From an uncultured virus (IMG/VR IMGVR_UViG_3300018080_000162) (Duplodnaviria > Heunggongvirae > Uroviricota > Caudoviricetes), in the IMG/VR virus record IMGVR_UViG_3300018080_000162: DNA of 64,000 nt. One strand, given 5' to 3'. Position 1 is the first letter of the stretch, and every line of letters begins with the position of its first letter. This document shows positions 28,944 through 38,903 of this stretch, piece by piece. Position numbers and translations under genes: made by a program. A model generated the notes under the pieces. It was not told the origin of the DNA and ran no database searches. It saw only the letters and a program-made list of their open reading frames with translations.

Positions 28944-29623
28944 GCGACATTACCTCCAACAACACAGCCGTCATTGCCAAGAGCAATGGCAATCTGCTGA
29001 TGCGCTGCCCCAACTTGATAGAGAGTGGCGCAATCGCTATAGATGCTTTCCAGACCATTCTCCAAGTTGATTTGACCAAGTATACTTTCATTGACTTCTG
29101 TCTGCTCAATAGCGATAGTGAGAGGTTTGTTTGGGAAGTGGAGTTCACGTTCTTTGGAATCACAGAACAGTGGATTGATAGCCACTATCCGAGTGACAAG
29201 TTCCCGCCGTGGTATTTTCAGAAAGACACATGGAATCCAGAGACTCTTTACGGAACACAATATGAGTTTGAAAAACAGTCTCATAACGGTTCCTTCGCTT
29301 GGTGGCCGTTGACGGGAGTCCATGACCCTTCGGACAAAACAGAAGCAGACCAAGCCGTCTCGCCGGATGGATGGAATTTCTCAGGTTGTGTGGATTATCT
29401 CATCAAGCTCTTTCAAACGATGAAAAACACAGCCGTTGTGTTTCATTGCATGTCAGGAGCCGACAGGACGGGCGCACTTCATGCTGGCTACTTGATGAGA
29501 ACAGCGGGCTTGGGAGTGACGGATGCCATTGATAAGGCGACGAGTTATGTGAAGATTGGAAAGCCCAACGTAGGGTATACGAATCTGCTCATAGCCTATG
29601 AAAACTGGCTTAAAGGAAAATAG
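28940..29623 (+). CDS. protein tyrosine/dual-specificity phosphatase
   Basis: P-loop VFHCMSGADRTG. Confidence 0.8.
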   Translation: MSDITSNNTAVIAKSNGNLLMRCPNLIESGAIAIDAFQTILQVDLTKYTFIDFCLLNSDSERFVWEVEFTFFGITEQWIDSHYPSDKFPPWYFQKDTWNPETLYGTQYEFEKQSHNGSFAWWPLTGVHDPSDKTEADQAVSPDGWNFSGCVDYLIKLFQTMKNTAVVFHCMSGADRTGALHAGYLMRTAGLGVTDAIDKATSYVKIGKPNVGYTNLLIAYENWLKGK

Positions 29624-29692
29624 CTTTTTACACTTTCGCTTCAGCCTGCGTATATTAGAGCAGAACAATGCTCTTACAAAGGAGGAAAGAAA

Positions 29693-29932
29693 ATGGCTGA
29701 AGTGGAAGCAAGATTTTCTGTGGTGCTGAAGTTGACGGACAAGGAGTATAAGCTTGTTGGGCTTGCGCTGGCATGTAAACTACCGGAGTTCTTAAAGGAA
29801 GAAGCTGCAAAGCTGAATCGGCAATTGCTTGAGCAGAAGCAGCGTTTTCTTCAACACGAGATGGAGAAAAATGCAGGAACCATGCAAAAAGCCGGTTGTA
29901 AAACCGAGCAAGAGGATTTGCATACATTGTGA
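29693..29932 (+). CDS. hypothetical protein
   Basis: AAGGAGG RBS; 79 aa. Confidence 0.55.
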   Translation: MAEVEARFSVVLKLTDKEYKLVGLALACKLPEFLKEEAAKLNRQLLEQKQRFLQHEMEKNAGTMQKAGCKTEQEDLHTL

Positions 29933-30164
29933 ATTTGCTTCGGTTCGAGGCGATGTAAGACTCGCTGAAGAATACTCGCGCATGGATTGGGAGAAAGCTT
30001 TTGTAGCAGCATGGGATGGTTCTGATTCATTTGAGGCAGGTTGTGAGTTGGAAGAAAGCCAAGGAGGATGGTTTCGGGGATTTCAGTATCCCGACGCAAA
30101 GGTTCCTGAGAAATGTCCATTTTACTTGGAGCACGTTTTCGATGCTGAGCAAGAAGCTCTGTAA
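29871..30164 (+). CDS. ZLEH family protein
   Basis: SKRICIHC...PEKCPFYLEH. Confidence 0.75.
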   Translation: MQEPCKKPVVKPSKRICIHCEFASVRGDVRLAEEYSRMDWEKAFVAAWDGSDSFEAGCELEESQGGWFRGFQYPDAKVPEKCPFYLEHVFDAEQEAL

Positions 30165-30468
30165 AAAATGCTACGAAGAGAATGGCCTTATCTGGTGCCC
30201 TTCATGGTTGAGGAAACTGCGGTATCCCGAACACCATGATGCGGATGCAGTATGGGAAGACAAAGACTATGTGAAATGTCCGGCAGGCGGCAACGATATT
30301 CACGGAGCGTATGACACGAAAGGAAACCCTCCAAGAGAGTGTCCCTATTGGTTCGAGCATATTACCGAGACTCAGCATTTTGACCCTAAACTTGGCAGAC
30401 CGGAACCGCCGCCACCGATGGAAGTTGACCCGTTGACTCTTCAAAGAATGAGAGGAATTATCCCTTGA
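30142..30468 (+). CDS. ZLEH family protein
   Basis: MLSKKLCKKC...PPRECPYWFEH. Confidence 0.8.
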   Translation: MLSKKLCKKCYEENGLIWCPSWLRKLRYPEHHDADAVWEDKDYVKCPAGGNDIHGAYDTKGNPPRECPYWFEHITETQHFDPKLGRPEPPPPMEVDPLTLQRMRGIIP

Positions 30469-30680
30469 AGAAGACAATATTGACGAAGGAACTTTGCAGG
30501 ATTTGTTACTGCAAGGGAAGTGGTAGCTATTGGACAAAAAGTGTGGAGGAAGAATGGCAAAAGGGCTGGACGCCTTGCTCTTATTCAACAGGGATGCCGC
30601 CAGAGAAAGGCTGTCAATTTTACTTGGAGCACATGGTCAATGCTGAGTCTGAGCATCTGCAAGAAGTGTATGGCGGCTAA
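30465..30680 (+). CDS. ZLEH family protein
   Basis: TKELCRIC...GCQFYLEH. Confidence 0.75.
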   Translation: MKKTILTKELCRICYCKGSGSYWTKSVEEEWQKGWTPCSYSTGMPPEKGCQFYLEHMVNAESEHLQEVYGG

Positions 30681-30825
30681 TGGCCTTGCATGGTCGAATT
30701 GGCGACTTGCGGAAGGAATCGTCAAGTGTAAGATTGGAGAAAGGGATTTTCTGTGGGCTTGGAAAAATGCTCCTCCAGAGGGATGTCCTTATTACTTGGA
30801 ACATGAGTTGGAAAATGCTGAGTAA
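30640..30825 (+). CDS. ZLEH family protein
   Basis: MLSLSICKKC...PPEGCPYYLEH. Confidence 0.8.
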   Translation: MLSLSICKKCMAANGLAWSNWRLAEGIVKCKIGERDFLWAWKNAPPEGCPYYLEHELENAE

Positions 30826-31027
30826 AGGGATTTGCATAGAATGCTGGAACACTACGAGAGCAGTTTTTTCGTGGAAAAACTGGCCGGGCAGTGAAGAATG
30901 TTGGAGCGCGGGCAGAGTTCTTTGTCCTGATTGGACATGGGCCTTTGTTGATGAAAAGCCTCCGCTTAGTTGCCCTTTTTACCTTGAACATTGTATGGCT
31001 AATTCATTAGTAACAAGTGATTTATGA
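30815..31027 (+). CDS. ZLEH family protein
   Basis: MLSKGICIEC...PPLSCPFYLEH. Confidence 0.8.
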   Translation: MLSKGICIECWNTTRAVFSWKNWPGSEECWSAGRVLCPDWTWAFVDEKPPLSCPFYLEHCMANSLVTSDL

Positions 31028-31042
31028 AGAACAAGGGTAAAA

Positions 31043-31106
31043 GTTAGAAAAAAATCTAACAAAATCTAAGTTTTTCCCTTGACTTCCTTCTCGTCCGGTG
31101 TATAAT
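31043..31106 (+). promoter_or_regulatory. sigma70-like promoter with upstream palindrome
   Basis: GTTAGA-N6-TCTAAC (31043-31060); TTGACT (31079)-16 bp-TATAAT (31101). Confidence 0.6.
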
Positions 31107-31154
31107 GCTAATGGAACGAGTTCATTCACACACACTGGAAAGGAGGGCAGTATA

Positions 31155-31955
31155 ATGCAGAACGTTCATCTCTTGGTAATCGACCCGCAAGTTGATTTCT
31201 GTGACCCGAAAGGAGCCTTGTTCGTTCCTGGCGCGGATGAGGACATGCAACGACTCGCCGCCTTCGTGAAGCGCGTTCAGGATAAACTGACCTCCATTCA
31301 CGTCACGCTTGATTCCCACCACTTTGTCGATGTCGCACATCCGATTTTCTGGAGAGACGCTAACGGAAAGCAGCCTGACCCATTTACCATCATCTCGGCA
31401 GATGATGTGAGAAACGGCGTCTGGAAAACGAAGCGTCCGAGTTGGCAGAAACGGGGGCAGGCCTACGTCGAGGAACTTGAAAAGAATGGTCGCTATCCGC
31501 TGTGCATCTGGCCTCCACACTGTTTGATTGGAAGTCCGGGCACTCAAGTGATGCCGTGTTTTTTCGAAGCCCTGACTGAATGGTCGAAGACGAGTCTCAA
31601 GACTATCGGTTGGGTGACAAAAGGCTCGAATCCGCTGACGGAACACTATAGCGGCATTCAGGCTGACGTGCCTGACCCACGCGACCCAAGCACTCAAATC
31701 AACACAGGCCTCATCGACGTGCTGACGACGGCTGACGTGATTCTGATTGCGGGAGAAGCCAGTTCGCACTGTCTGGCGAACACGGTCAGGGACATTGCCA
31801 ATAACTTCGGCGATGACAGCTATGTGCAAAAGCTGTGGCTGCTCGAAGACGCGGCCAGTCCGGTTCCGACTTTCGAGCAGTTTGCGGAGGACTTCGTGAA
31901 GGAAATGACGGGACGCGGCATGAAACTCACGAAGACGACGGAATGGATGAAATAG
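31155..31955 (+). CDS. pncA: nicotinamidase/isochorismatase family protein
   Basis: LLVIDPQVDFC, GALFVPGA, DSH, WPPHC, TKG, GEASSHC. Confidence 0.85.
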   Translation: MQNVHLLVIDPQVDFCDPKGALFVPGADEDMQRLAAFVKRVQDKLTSIHVTLDSHHFVDVAHPIFWRDANGKQPDPFTIISADDVRNGVWKTKRPSWQKRGQAYVEELEKNGRYPLCIWPPHCLIGSPGTQVMPCFFEALTEWSKTSLKTIGWVTKGSNPLTEHYSGIQADVPDPRDPSTQINTGLIDVLTTADVILIAGEASSHCLANTVRDIANNFGDDSYVQKLWLLEDAASPVPTFEQFAEDFVKEMTGRGMKLTKTTEWMK

Positions 31956-32008
31956 CGAGAGACCTGTACGAGATGCACGGGATATTACTAAGAGGAAAGG
32001 AGGAAACA

Positions 32009-32746
32009 ATGCCTTCCAGCAAAGCTCTTCAGCAACACGGCTTGACCGTTTCGAACTTTGGCTTCTCGGCTGTCAATGTCAATGAGCTTGAAGCCACGGA
32101 ATACACGCTTGTGACTATTGCCTGTGACGTGAGTTCCAGTGTCGCCAGTTTTGACAAGGACATGGAGAAGTGCCTGAAGGAGATTGTCGAGGCCTGCCGC
32201 AAATCGCCACGGGCCGATAACCTGATGCTTCGCCTGCTTGTATTCCACAGTAGTCTGGAAGAGATTCACGGGTTCAAGCCGCTTATGGATTGCAATTCGA
32301 GCGATTACACAGATTGTCTTCCCATCGGCGGCATGACGGCTCTCGTGGATGCAACGGTCAATGCCGTGGAAGCTCTGGACACCTATGGCAAAGACCTTGT
32401 GGAAAACGAGTATGACTGCAACGGAATTCTGGTAGTCATCACGGACGGCTGCGAAAACAATTCCACGAATACTGTGAATCAAGCGAAGAAGGCTGTTCAA
32501 AAGATTCTGAAACAAGAATCTCTCGAAAGCCTTGTCAGTATCCTCATTGGTGTCAATACGAAGGAAGCTGACATCGGAATCTATCTTGCCGATTACAAGG
32601 ACAAGGTAGGGTTCACACAGTACGTGGACATCGAGAAGGCCGATGCCAAGACGCTGGCGAAGCTGGCAAAATTCATCAGCCAGTCGATTTCTTCGCAGTC
32701 CCAGGCTCTTGGGACGGGTGGGCCTTCTCAATCGCTCTCTTTCTGA
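32009..32746 (+). CDS. vWA domain (TerY-like) protein
   Basis: DVSSSV, GGMTALVDA, VITDGCEN, ISQSISSQSQ tail. Confidence 0.85.
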   Translation: MPSSKALQQHGLTVSNFGFSAVNVNELEATEYTLVTIACDVSSSVASFDKDMEKCLKEIVEACRKSPRADNLMLRLLVFHSSLEEIHGFKPLMDCNSSDYTDCLPIGGMTALVDATVNAVEALDTYGKDLVENEYDCNGILVVITDGCENNSTNTVNQAKKAVQKILKQESLESLVSILIGVNTKEADIGIYLADYKDKVGFTQYVDIEKADAKTLAKLAKFISQSISSQSQALGTGGPSQSLSF

Positions 32747-32755
32747 GGATTTGAG

Positions 32756-33541
32756 ATGCACAGCGACGTTTACTTTGCGACGGGCAAGATTCATTCGGCC
32801 TGTCAGGATTATGCGTTTGCAGCGGAGATAAAGGGACAGCCGTTCATTGTTCTTGCGGATGGCTGTTCCTCTTCTCCGCATACCGATGTGGGAGCGAGAA
32901 TTCTTGCACATCGGCTTATTTCGGATTTGAGAAAAGGTGTTGTGAAAAATACTTCGCCAGACCAGCAGCAGCTTCTTTCCGTGGTGAGCAGCGGGCAATG
33001 TGTTGTGGAGATGCTGTCTCTTCCTCCTGCTTGCATGGATGCTACGCTTCTTTTCACGACATTTCTCAATGATGGAATTGCTCTTGCTCATGTTGTCGGG
33101 GATGGCGTAGTGGCGTCTCTGAAAAAATCAGGGGCTATTTACATGATGTCATTCGAGTGTCCGGCAGGTGCTCCCGAATACGTGAATTATCTGACGGATG
33201 CGAAGAGGCACGAAAAATTCTTGAGAGAGTTCGGTTCCAAGCGTATACTTCGTACTTCCATTTTGCAGCCGGACGGAGCAGTAGAAGTAATAGAAGAGCT
33301 TGCTTTTGAAGCAATGCTCTATAGCCGTTGTTTCACGATTCCCGACAGCAAAGTCTTGGCTCTCTTTTCAGACGGCATCAGAACATTTCATGGTTTGAAA
33401 ACCGAGCAAGTAGTCCGAGAATTGATGGCTTTCAAGAATCTCAAAGGCAGTTTTGTCCAAAGGCGCATGAAACGATTTCTCAAGACCTGCGAAACAGAGC
33501 ATGATGACGACGTGGCTATGGCAGCGATTTGCCTCGACTGA
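32756..33541 (+). CDS. PP2C-like phosphatase
   Basis: CQDY, LADGCSSS, DATLL, VGDG, FSDG, DDD. Confidence 0.85.
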   Translation: MHSDVYFATGKIHSACQDYAFAAEIKGQPFIVLADGCSSSPHTDVGARILAHRLISDLRKGVVKNTSPDQQQLLSVVSSGQCVVEMLSLPPACMDATLLFTTFLNDGIALAHVVGDGVVASLKKSGAIYMMSFECPAGAPEYVNYLTDAKRHEKFLREFGSKRILRTSILQPDGAVEVIEELAFEAMLYSRCFTIPDSKVLALFSDGIRTFHGLKTEQVVRELMAFKNLKGSFVQRRMKRFLKTCETEHDDDVAMAAICLD

Positions 33542-33550
33542 GGAAAAACA

Positions 33551-35203
33551 ATGCGAGTTCAGGTCAATGGCAAGGCAATTGAGTTGACAAGGCGTGATTT
33601 CTTGGCGCAAGGCGGGGAAGGCGCGGTATATGTCAAGAATCGCAAGGCCTACAAAATCTACTCGGACACAAAGGCTGTCATACCCGAAGGGAAAGTTCAA
33701 GAGCTTTCCGTTCTCTCCGACTCGAAGATTATCCGGCCAGAAGCCCTTATCTATGAGAAGGGTAAAGCTGTCGGTTACGTGATGCGATACATTTCCAAGA
33801 CTCACGCTCTCTGCCGTCTATTCACGCAAGCTTTCAGGTCGAGGAATGGCATGACTGCGGACATGTCGCTGCATCTGGTCAGAGACATGCAGAAGACGGT
33901 CGAGTTTATCCATAAGAACAGTATTCTCATTGTTGACCTGAACGAGATGAACTTTCTTGTCGATAAGAAGTTCAACGAGGTCTATTTCATCGACGTGGAC
34001 AGTTATCAGACACCGCATTATCCAGCCACGGCAATTATGGAATCCATCCGAGACCGTCACGCCAGCCGTTTCAGCGAACTGACGGACTGGTTCTCATTCG
34101 CTGTCGTTAGCTTTCAAGTCCTGATTGGCATTCATCCGTACAAGGGAAAACACCCGAAACTGAAAGGGCTGGACGAGCGGATGCAGGCAAACGTGTCTGT
34201 TTTCAATAAGGGAGTGAAAATTCCTCATTGTTGTGTTCCTTTGACTGCGCTTCCTCCGCTTTATCGAAGCTGGTTTGAGGATGTGCTGGAGAAAGGAAAG
34301 CGAGAAGAGCCTCCATTCGACATCAGCAAGGCAATCGTGGTGAAGGTGGCTCTCAAGAAAATTGCAGGAAGCGACAATTTCACCATCGAGGAAATCGCTG
34401 AATGCGATTGGGACATTGATAGCTATTCTCAAAGTGCTTTCCTGCGTTCAGGTGGAGGAGTGCTTTACAAGAAGCGTTTCACGGACTGGAATCAGCCGAG
34501 CGCGATTTGCCGTTATGGAAATGCAAGAATAGCGGTAGGAACGGACGCCCATGACAAGCTGCTTCTTTTCAATCTTGGGATGCAGCAGCCTATCGACAAT
34601 GGTGTGATTGAAGCGGATGCTTTCATGGTTTCGGATGGACGGCTATATTTGAAGTCTGGCGAACACTTGCTGGAGACCTGCTTTCACGGGCCGGAGATGA
34701 AGCCGATTGTTTCGACAAAGTTAGTTGGAAACGTATTAGAGCGGGCTACAAAGCTTTTTGAAGGTGTCGTGATTCAAGACCTGTTGGAGGCTTGGTACGC
34801 TTCGGTTTTTCCCGAAAGTGGTATCTGTATTCAGGTCAAGCTTGATACGCTGAAGGGATACAAAGTCATCGAGGCCAAATACGAAAAGGGCCTGCTTATG
34901 GTAGTCGGGACAAAGAAGGGAAAGTACGACCGTTTCATTTTCAGCATCCGAGAAGGTAAGATAGGACAGACGCGCAAGATTGAAGACGTTTCTTACAGCG
35001 GGTTGAATTTCACGGTGCTGGACAATGGCCTCTGTGCCTGCTTGACAGAGCAGACAGAGATGGAAGTTTTCGCGGTCAAGAATATCCTGAAGGTGAAGAC
35101 GATTCAAGACCCTGTTCTACATGGCGGGATGAAGCTCACGAACGATGGCGGCAGAGTTCTGTTTGTTGACGGAAAGAAACTCTATAGCATGAGGATGAAA
35201 TGA
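33551..35203 (+). CDS. Ser/Thr kinase-like protein (TerY-P type)
   Basis: QGGEGAVY, AYKIY, DLNEMNFLV, IDVDSYQ, DWFSFA, HPYKG. Confidence 0.85.
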   Translation: MRVQVNGKAIELTRRDFLAQGGEGAVYVKNRKAYKIYSDTKAVIPEGKVQELSVLSDSKIIRPEALIYEKGKAVGYVMRYISKTHALCRLFTQAFRSRNGMTADMSLHLVRDMQKTVEFIHKNSILIVDLNEMNFLVDKKFNEVYFIDVDSYQTPHYPATAIMESIRDRHASRFSELTDWFSFAVVSFQVLIGIHPYKGKHPKLKGLDERMQANVSVFNKGVKIPHCCVPLTALPPLYRSWFEDVLEKGKREEPPFDISKAIVVKVALKKIAGSDNFTIEEIAECDWDIDSYSQSAFLRSGGGVLYKKRFTDWNQPSAICRYGNARIAVGTDAHDKLLLFNLGMQQPIDNGVIEADAFMVSDGRLYLKSGEHLLETCFHGPEMKPIVSTKLVGNVLERATKLFEGVVIQDLLEAWYASVFPESGICIQVKLDTLKGYKVIEAKYEKGLLMVVGTKKGKYDRFIFSIREGKIGQTRKIEDVSYSGLNFTVLDNGLCACLTEQTEMEVFAVKNILKVKTIQDPVLHGGMKLTNDGGRVLFVDGKKLYSMRMK

Positions 35204-36366
35204 TGAAAAGCATACTCGACAATGATTTGTATAAACTGACGATGCAACAAGCTGTCTGCCAAAATTATCCACGCGCTTGGGCGAAGTACGAGTTTGTCAA
35301 CAGGGGAGGCACGAAGTTTCCAGAAGGGTTCTCCAAGGCTCTTTACTCAGCGATTTCTGAGATGACCACGATGAGTTTGAGCAAAGAGGAAAAGGAGTGG
35401 TTGCAAAACACCTGTCCTTTTCTGACTCCTGTCTATTTGGATTTCCTGAGAGGCTATCATTTTGACCCTGCGGAGGTTCAAGTATCGAATGAAGAAGGCA
35501 ATCTGCGGGTGAAGATAATCGGCCCGTGGTATCGCACCATCCTATGGGAAGTTCCTTTGATGGCGGCGATTTCCGAGCTTTATTTCAGGTTGACAGGCCA
35601 AAAGGGTAATGACTCTCTATGGCGGCACAACCACAATATGGAAAAAGCTGCTGAACTCGAAGGCATGAATGCAAAGTTTGCCGATTTTGGAACTCGGCGT
35701 CGATACTCCTTCGAGAACCACGACAGGGTGGTCGAGGAGATGAAACGTTACGCCCCAAAGGGATTCATAGGCTCCAGCAATGTTTACTTGGCTAAGAAAC
35801 ACGGCGTCAAGCCCATAGGCACAATGGCTCACGAATGGATTATGGCTCACGCGGCCATGTATGGATTCGAAGAAGCTAACAGAGCGGCAATGGAACAGTG
35901 GCTCAATATCTATGGAGGCAGTTTGGGAATTGCCCTGACGGATACTTTTACAACGCTTGTTTTTTTGGAATCATTTGGCCCGAAGCTGGCAAGGCTTTTC
36001 GATGGAGTAAGGCAAGATAGTGGGGAACCTTTGAATTTTATTGACATGATGGAAAGGCATTATAAGGCACTTGGCATTCCGCTTAACTCCAAAACACTCA
36101 TTTTCTCTGATGCCTTGAATGTGGACAGGGTGCGCACAATTCTGAAATACTGCGACCGAAAAGGAGCTAAGGCGTCGTTCGGGATAGGAACGAATTTGAC
36201 GAACGATGTGGGCGTAGAGCCGCTGAATATCGTTATCAAGATGTTCAGTTTCATGCCTCAATGGAGGGATTGGACTCCGACCATAAAGCTGTCGGACGAT
36301 AGGGGAAAGCACACTGGCGACGAAAAAATGTTGCAATTGTGTCAAGAAACTCTGAACTTAGCCTGA
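35200..36366 (+). CDS. pncB: nicotinate phosphoribosyltransferase
   Basis: DLYKLTMQQAV, DFGTRRR, GTMAHEW, GVRQDSG, FSDAL, FGIGTNLTND, KLSD. Confidence 0.93.
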   Translation: MMKSILDNDLYKLTMQQAVCQNYPRAWAKYEFVNRGGTKFPEGFSKALYSAISEMTTMSLSKEEKEWLQNTCPFLTPVYLDFLRGYHFDPAEVQVSNEEGNLRVKIIGPWYRTILWEVPLMAAISELYFRLTGQKGNDSLWRHNHNMEKAAELEGMNAKFADFGTRRRYSFENHDRVVEEMKRYAPKGFIGSSNVYLAKKHGVKPIGTMAHEWIMAHAAMYGFEEANRAAMEQWLNIYGGSLGIALTDTFTTLVFLESFGPKLARLFDGVRQDSGEPLNFIDMMERHYKALGIPLNSKTLIFSDALNVDRVRTILKYCDRKGAKASFGIGTNLTNDVGVEPLNIVIKMFSFMPQWRDWTPTIKLSDDRGKHTGDEKMLQLCQETLNLA

Positions 36367-36379
36367 AGGGGGTATAATA

Positions 36380-36577
36380 ATGAGCGACGAGAAGTGGTTG
36401 AAGGTAGCTGTCAGCGACCAAGCCAGAAACAATTTGAACGCTTTGAGGCACATGCTCGGAGGCATCAAGCAGCAGGAGGCCTTGGATAGAATCCTGCGTG
36501 GCGAAGAGGAAGCCATTGAGATGTTGAAGACGATTGCCGAAAAGAGCAGCAAGCTTATCGAGAATGACGGGAAATAG
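36380..36577 (+). CDS. hypothetical (possibly RHH-like) protein
   Basis: 65 aa, short strand-helix-helix appearance. Confidence 0.45.
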   Translation: MSDEKWLKVAVSDQARNNLNALRHMLGGIKQQEALDRILRGEEEAIEMLKTIAEKSSKLIENDGK

Positions 36578-36581
36578 TAGC

Positions 36582-36821
36582 ATGTGGTGGAAGAAGAAAA
36601 AGTTCTTGACCTCCAAGCGAATCTGCCAGAGATGCTACGAAGCGCATTGTCTCACGTGGTCAGAGGCAGATGAGCATTTTTGGGAGACAGACAAGGGCAT
36701 CTATTGTCCTCATAATAAAATTGACCGGGACACTTATCAGAAGGTGAAAATGACATTGGAGCCACCGCCTAATTGCCCATACTTTTTGGAACACAAACTT
36801 GAAGGAGATACCCATGCCTGA
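36582..36821 (+). CDS. ZLEH family protein
   Basis: SKRICQRC...PPPNCPYFLEH. Confidence 0.8.
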   Translation: MWWKKKKFLTSKRICQRCYEAHCLTWSEADEHFWETDKGIYCPHNKIDRDTYQKVKMTLEPPPNCPYFLEHKLEGDTHA

Positions 36822-37317
36822 ACGCATCGAGAAGCCGGAAATTTGCTACAAGTTGACGACCAAGACAATGCGCACTCGTAACAATTGTCAATGGAAGCTT
36901 GGCATTTGGAAAGAAACTTCAGGCGCAGGCCCTCTCTGCACGAATGGTTGGCTCCATGCCTATACTGACCCGAATGTAGCCGTGCTTCTCAATCCCATTC
37001 ATGCTCAGGTGAAAGAATCAAGACTCTTTCAGGCAGAAGGAATGGGTTTGAAGGAAATCGACTTCGGGAGAAAGGTTGGTTACACGAAATTGCGACTGGT
37101 CAAGGAGCTTTCCGTGCCTGAAGTTACTGCCGATTTTCTTCGCAAATATGCTGACAGGCTCATTGCGACATTTACGGAGAGCCTTAATTTCGAAAGACGT
37201 TCTCTGGAGAGAATGTTTGCAGACCACAAAGAAGGCAAACTATCTTTGGACAAACTACACTATGAGATAGCCAGAGTGTTCGAATGGTGGGTTCCCAAGG
37301 GAGTGCTTTGTGCTTAG
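36814..37317 (+). CDS. phage hypothetical protein
   Basis: YKLT...GPLCTNGWLHAY...LNPIHA. Confidence 0.65.
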   Translation: MPERIEKPEICYKLTTKTMRTRNNCQWKLGIWKETSGAGPLCTNGWLHAYTDPNVAVLLNPIHAQVKESRLFQAEGMGLKEIDFGRKVGYTKLRLVKELSVPEVTADFLRKYADRLIATFTESLNFERRSLERMFADHKEGKLSLDKLHYEIARVFEWWVPKGVLCA

Positions 37318-37510
37318 CAAGCGTGTTTGCCAGAAGTGCCAGAAGGACATTTGGGGCTATTATGACGAGCTTTGCTGGAAACAACACAAAGTCATCTATT
37401 GTCCTGTGAAACTTCGGAAAAGCAATTATTCCGGCACTAAGATTTCTGGCGAACCTCCCAAATGGTGTCCTTTTGAGTTGGAGCATGTGTTAGATGCACA
37501 AGAGGTTTGA
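37310..37510 (+). CDS. ZLEH family protein
   Basis: MLSKRVCQKC...PPKWCPFELEH. Confidence 0.8.
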   Translation: MLSKRVCQKCQKDIWGYYDELCWKQHKVIYCPVKLRKSNYSGTKISGEPPKWCPFELEHVLDAQEV

Positions 37511-37661
37511 TAAGGAGATTTGCAAACGATGTGTTCAAGAAAGAGAAGGCGAATGGACAGCTATTGACGATACAGCTTTTGAGTTTGGCATCATTCGTTG
37601 TCCTGTTGGCGAATGCCCTTATGACCTCGAACAAAAATTGAGTCAGGGGAGAAAAGAATGA
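37494..37661 (+). CDS. ZLEH family protein (not in ORF track)
   Basis: manual translation: KEICKRC...IRCPVGECPYDLEQ. Confidence 0.7.
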   Translation: MHKRFDKEICKRCVQEREGEWTAIDDTAFEFGIIRCPVGECPYDLEQKLSQGRKE

Positions 37662-38353
37662 AACTGCCGGTGATTAAGAGTATTTTTCAAGCGGAGGCAT
37701 GGAGTGTCTATGCTGTGAAGAGAATCAACGATTATCGCAAAGAGCACGGTTCCGATGCCTGTGACAGCGAAACTGCCGAGAGGAAACAGAAGAAGCTTTC
37801 GGAAGAGAAGAAGCAGGAAATCCTTGAAGGTCTCAAAAAGCTCCAAAGCTGGCAGAAAAGGCTTGGCGAGATACTTTACGCTCATCCGCTGACTCGGCAT
37901 CTGATGCACACGTGGATGGTCGATGTCAAGGGAGCAGGAGGGTTTGGTTTCAAGTCCGAAAGCAAGATGAAGGAAGCTCTTGAGGAGCTTGCGGATGGAA
38001 GAAAAGGCGATTTCATTTCTCGGCAGGGAGCTTTGCCAAAATCCATTCACGATGCCATAGTCAAGGCTGGCTTTCATATCACGGATGCAGGAGGAGGTTG
38101 TGGAGGCTGGCATATTGGCGTTCCGGGCAACGATACCGAGGCTGACCGATTCTGCGATTTCATGCACTGGAAGTTCAAGAAGGCCATAGAAGTCGGCATG
38201 ATACGCATTCATAAGATGTTTTGGGGCTATCCGAGACTTTACAATCTGCGCAATGAGGGTGACTGTGAAAAATGGATTAAGAAACATGGCGACCCTGTGG
38301 AAGTGCTCAAGAAAGAAGGCTTCGAGATTGAGGAAGATGAAATTGCTGAGTAG
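37658..38353 (+). CDS. hypothetical protein
   Basis: 231-aa ORF, ATGA coupling. Confidence 0.65.
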   Translation: MKLPVIKSIFQAEAWSVYAVKRINDYRKEHGSDACDSETAERKQKKLSEEKKQEILEGLKKLQSWQKRLGEILYAHPLTRHLMHTWMVDVKGAGGFGFKSESKMKEALEELADGRKGDFISRQGALPKSIHDAIVKAGFHITDAGGGCGGWHIGVPGNDTEADRFCDFMHWKFKKAIEVGMIRIHKMFWGYPRLYNLRNEGDCEKWIKKHGDPVEVLKKEGFEIEEDEIAE

Positions 38354-38567
38354 ACATATTTGCCGACGCTGCCAAGAGGAATATTGCAGGTATGTTGAGA
38401 GCATTCACGATGGAAGTTTAGTTGCGAACTGGCCCAAGGCAATAAGCATCTGGAGTCAATATATCGAGGATGAGTCAAGTGTTTTCTGCTTTCATTTGAG
38501 CAGAAGAGTAAAGGAGATTCCAAAAGAATGTCTGTACCGTCTGGAGCATTTGCTGGAGATGCAATGA
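38337..38567 (+). CDS. ZLEH family protein
   Basis: SRHICRRC...PKECLYRLEH. Confidence 0.75.
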   Translation: MKLLSRHICRRCQEEYCRYVESIHDGSLVANWPKAISIWSQYIEDESSVFCFHLSRRVKEIPKECLYRLEHLLEMQ

Positions 38568-38740
38568 AGCGCAATAATGAGATTTGCGATGCTCATTGCA
38601 AGAAGACAAATCCCGTGAAATGGAAATTTTGTCGGGATTGGGTTCTGATTGACATGAGAGTGGACAATCCGAGATTTGTTCCTCGGACTTGCCCCTTCTG
38701 GCTGGAACAGGTGATGGATGCTGAATCTCGAAGTATGTAG
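38564..38740 (+). CDS. ZLEH family protein
   Basis: EICDAHC...PRTCPFWLEQ. Confidence 0.7.
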   Translation: MKRNNEICDAHCKKTNPVKWKFCRDWVLIDMRVDNPRFVPRTCPFWLEQVMDAESRSM

Positions 38741-38903
38741 GCACTGCGAATACTGGAGACCGAAGTTGTCGTGGGAAAATGTGGAATGGGTTTGCGCACG
38801 GCTTTCAATGCCTTATGTGAGGAATCGTAGAAGTGATTGTCCTTCTAATTGCCCTTTCGAATTGGAGCACAAAATCAGTGTTGCAGAACAAAGAAGTCTC
38901 TAA
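38718..38903 (+). CDS. ZLEH family protein
   Basis: MLNLEVCRHC...PSNCPFELEH. Confidence 0.8.
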   Translation: MLNLEVCRHCEYWRPKLSWENVEWVCARLSMPYVRNRRSDCPSNCPFELEHKISVAEQRSL

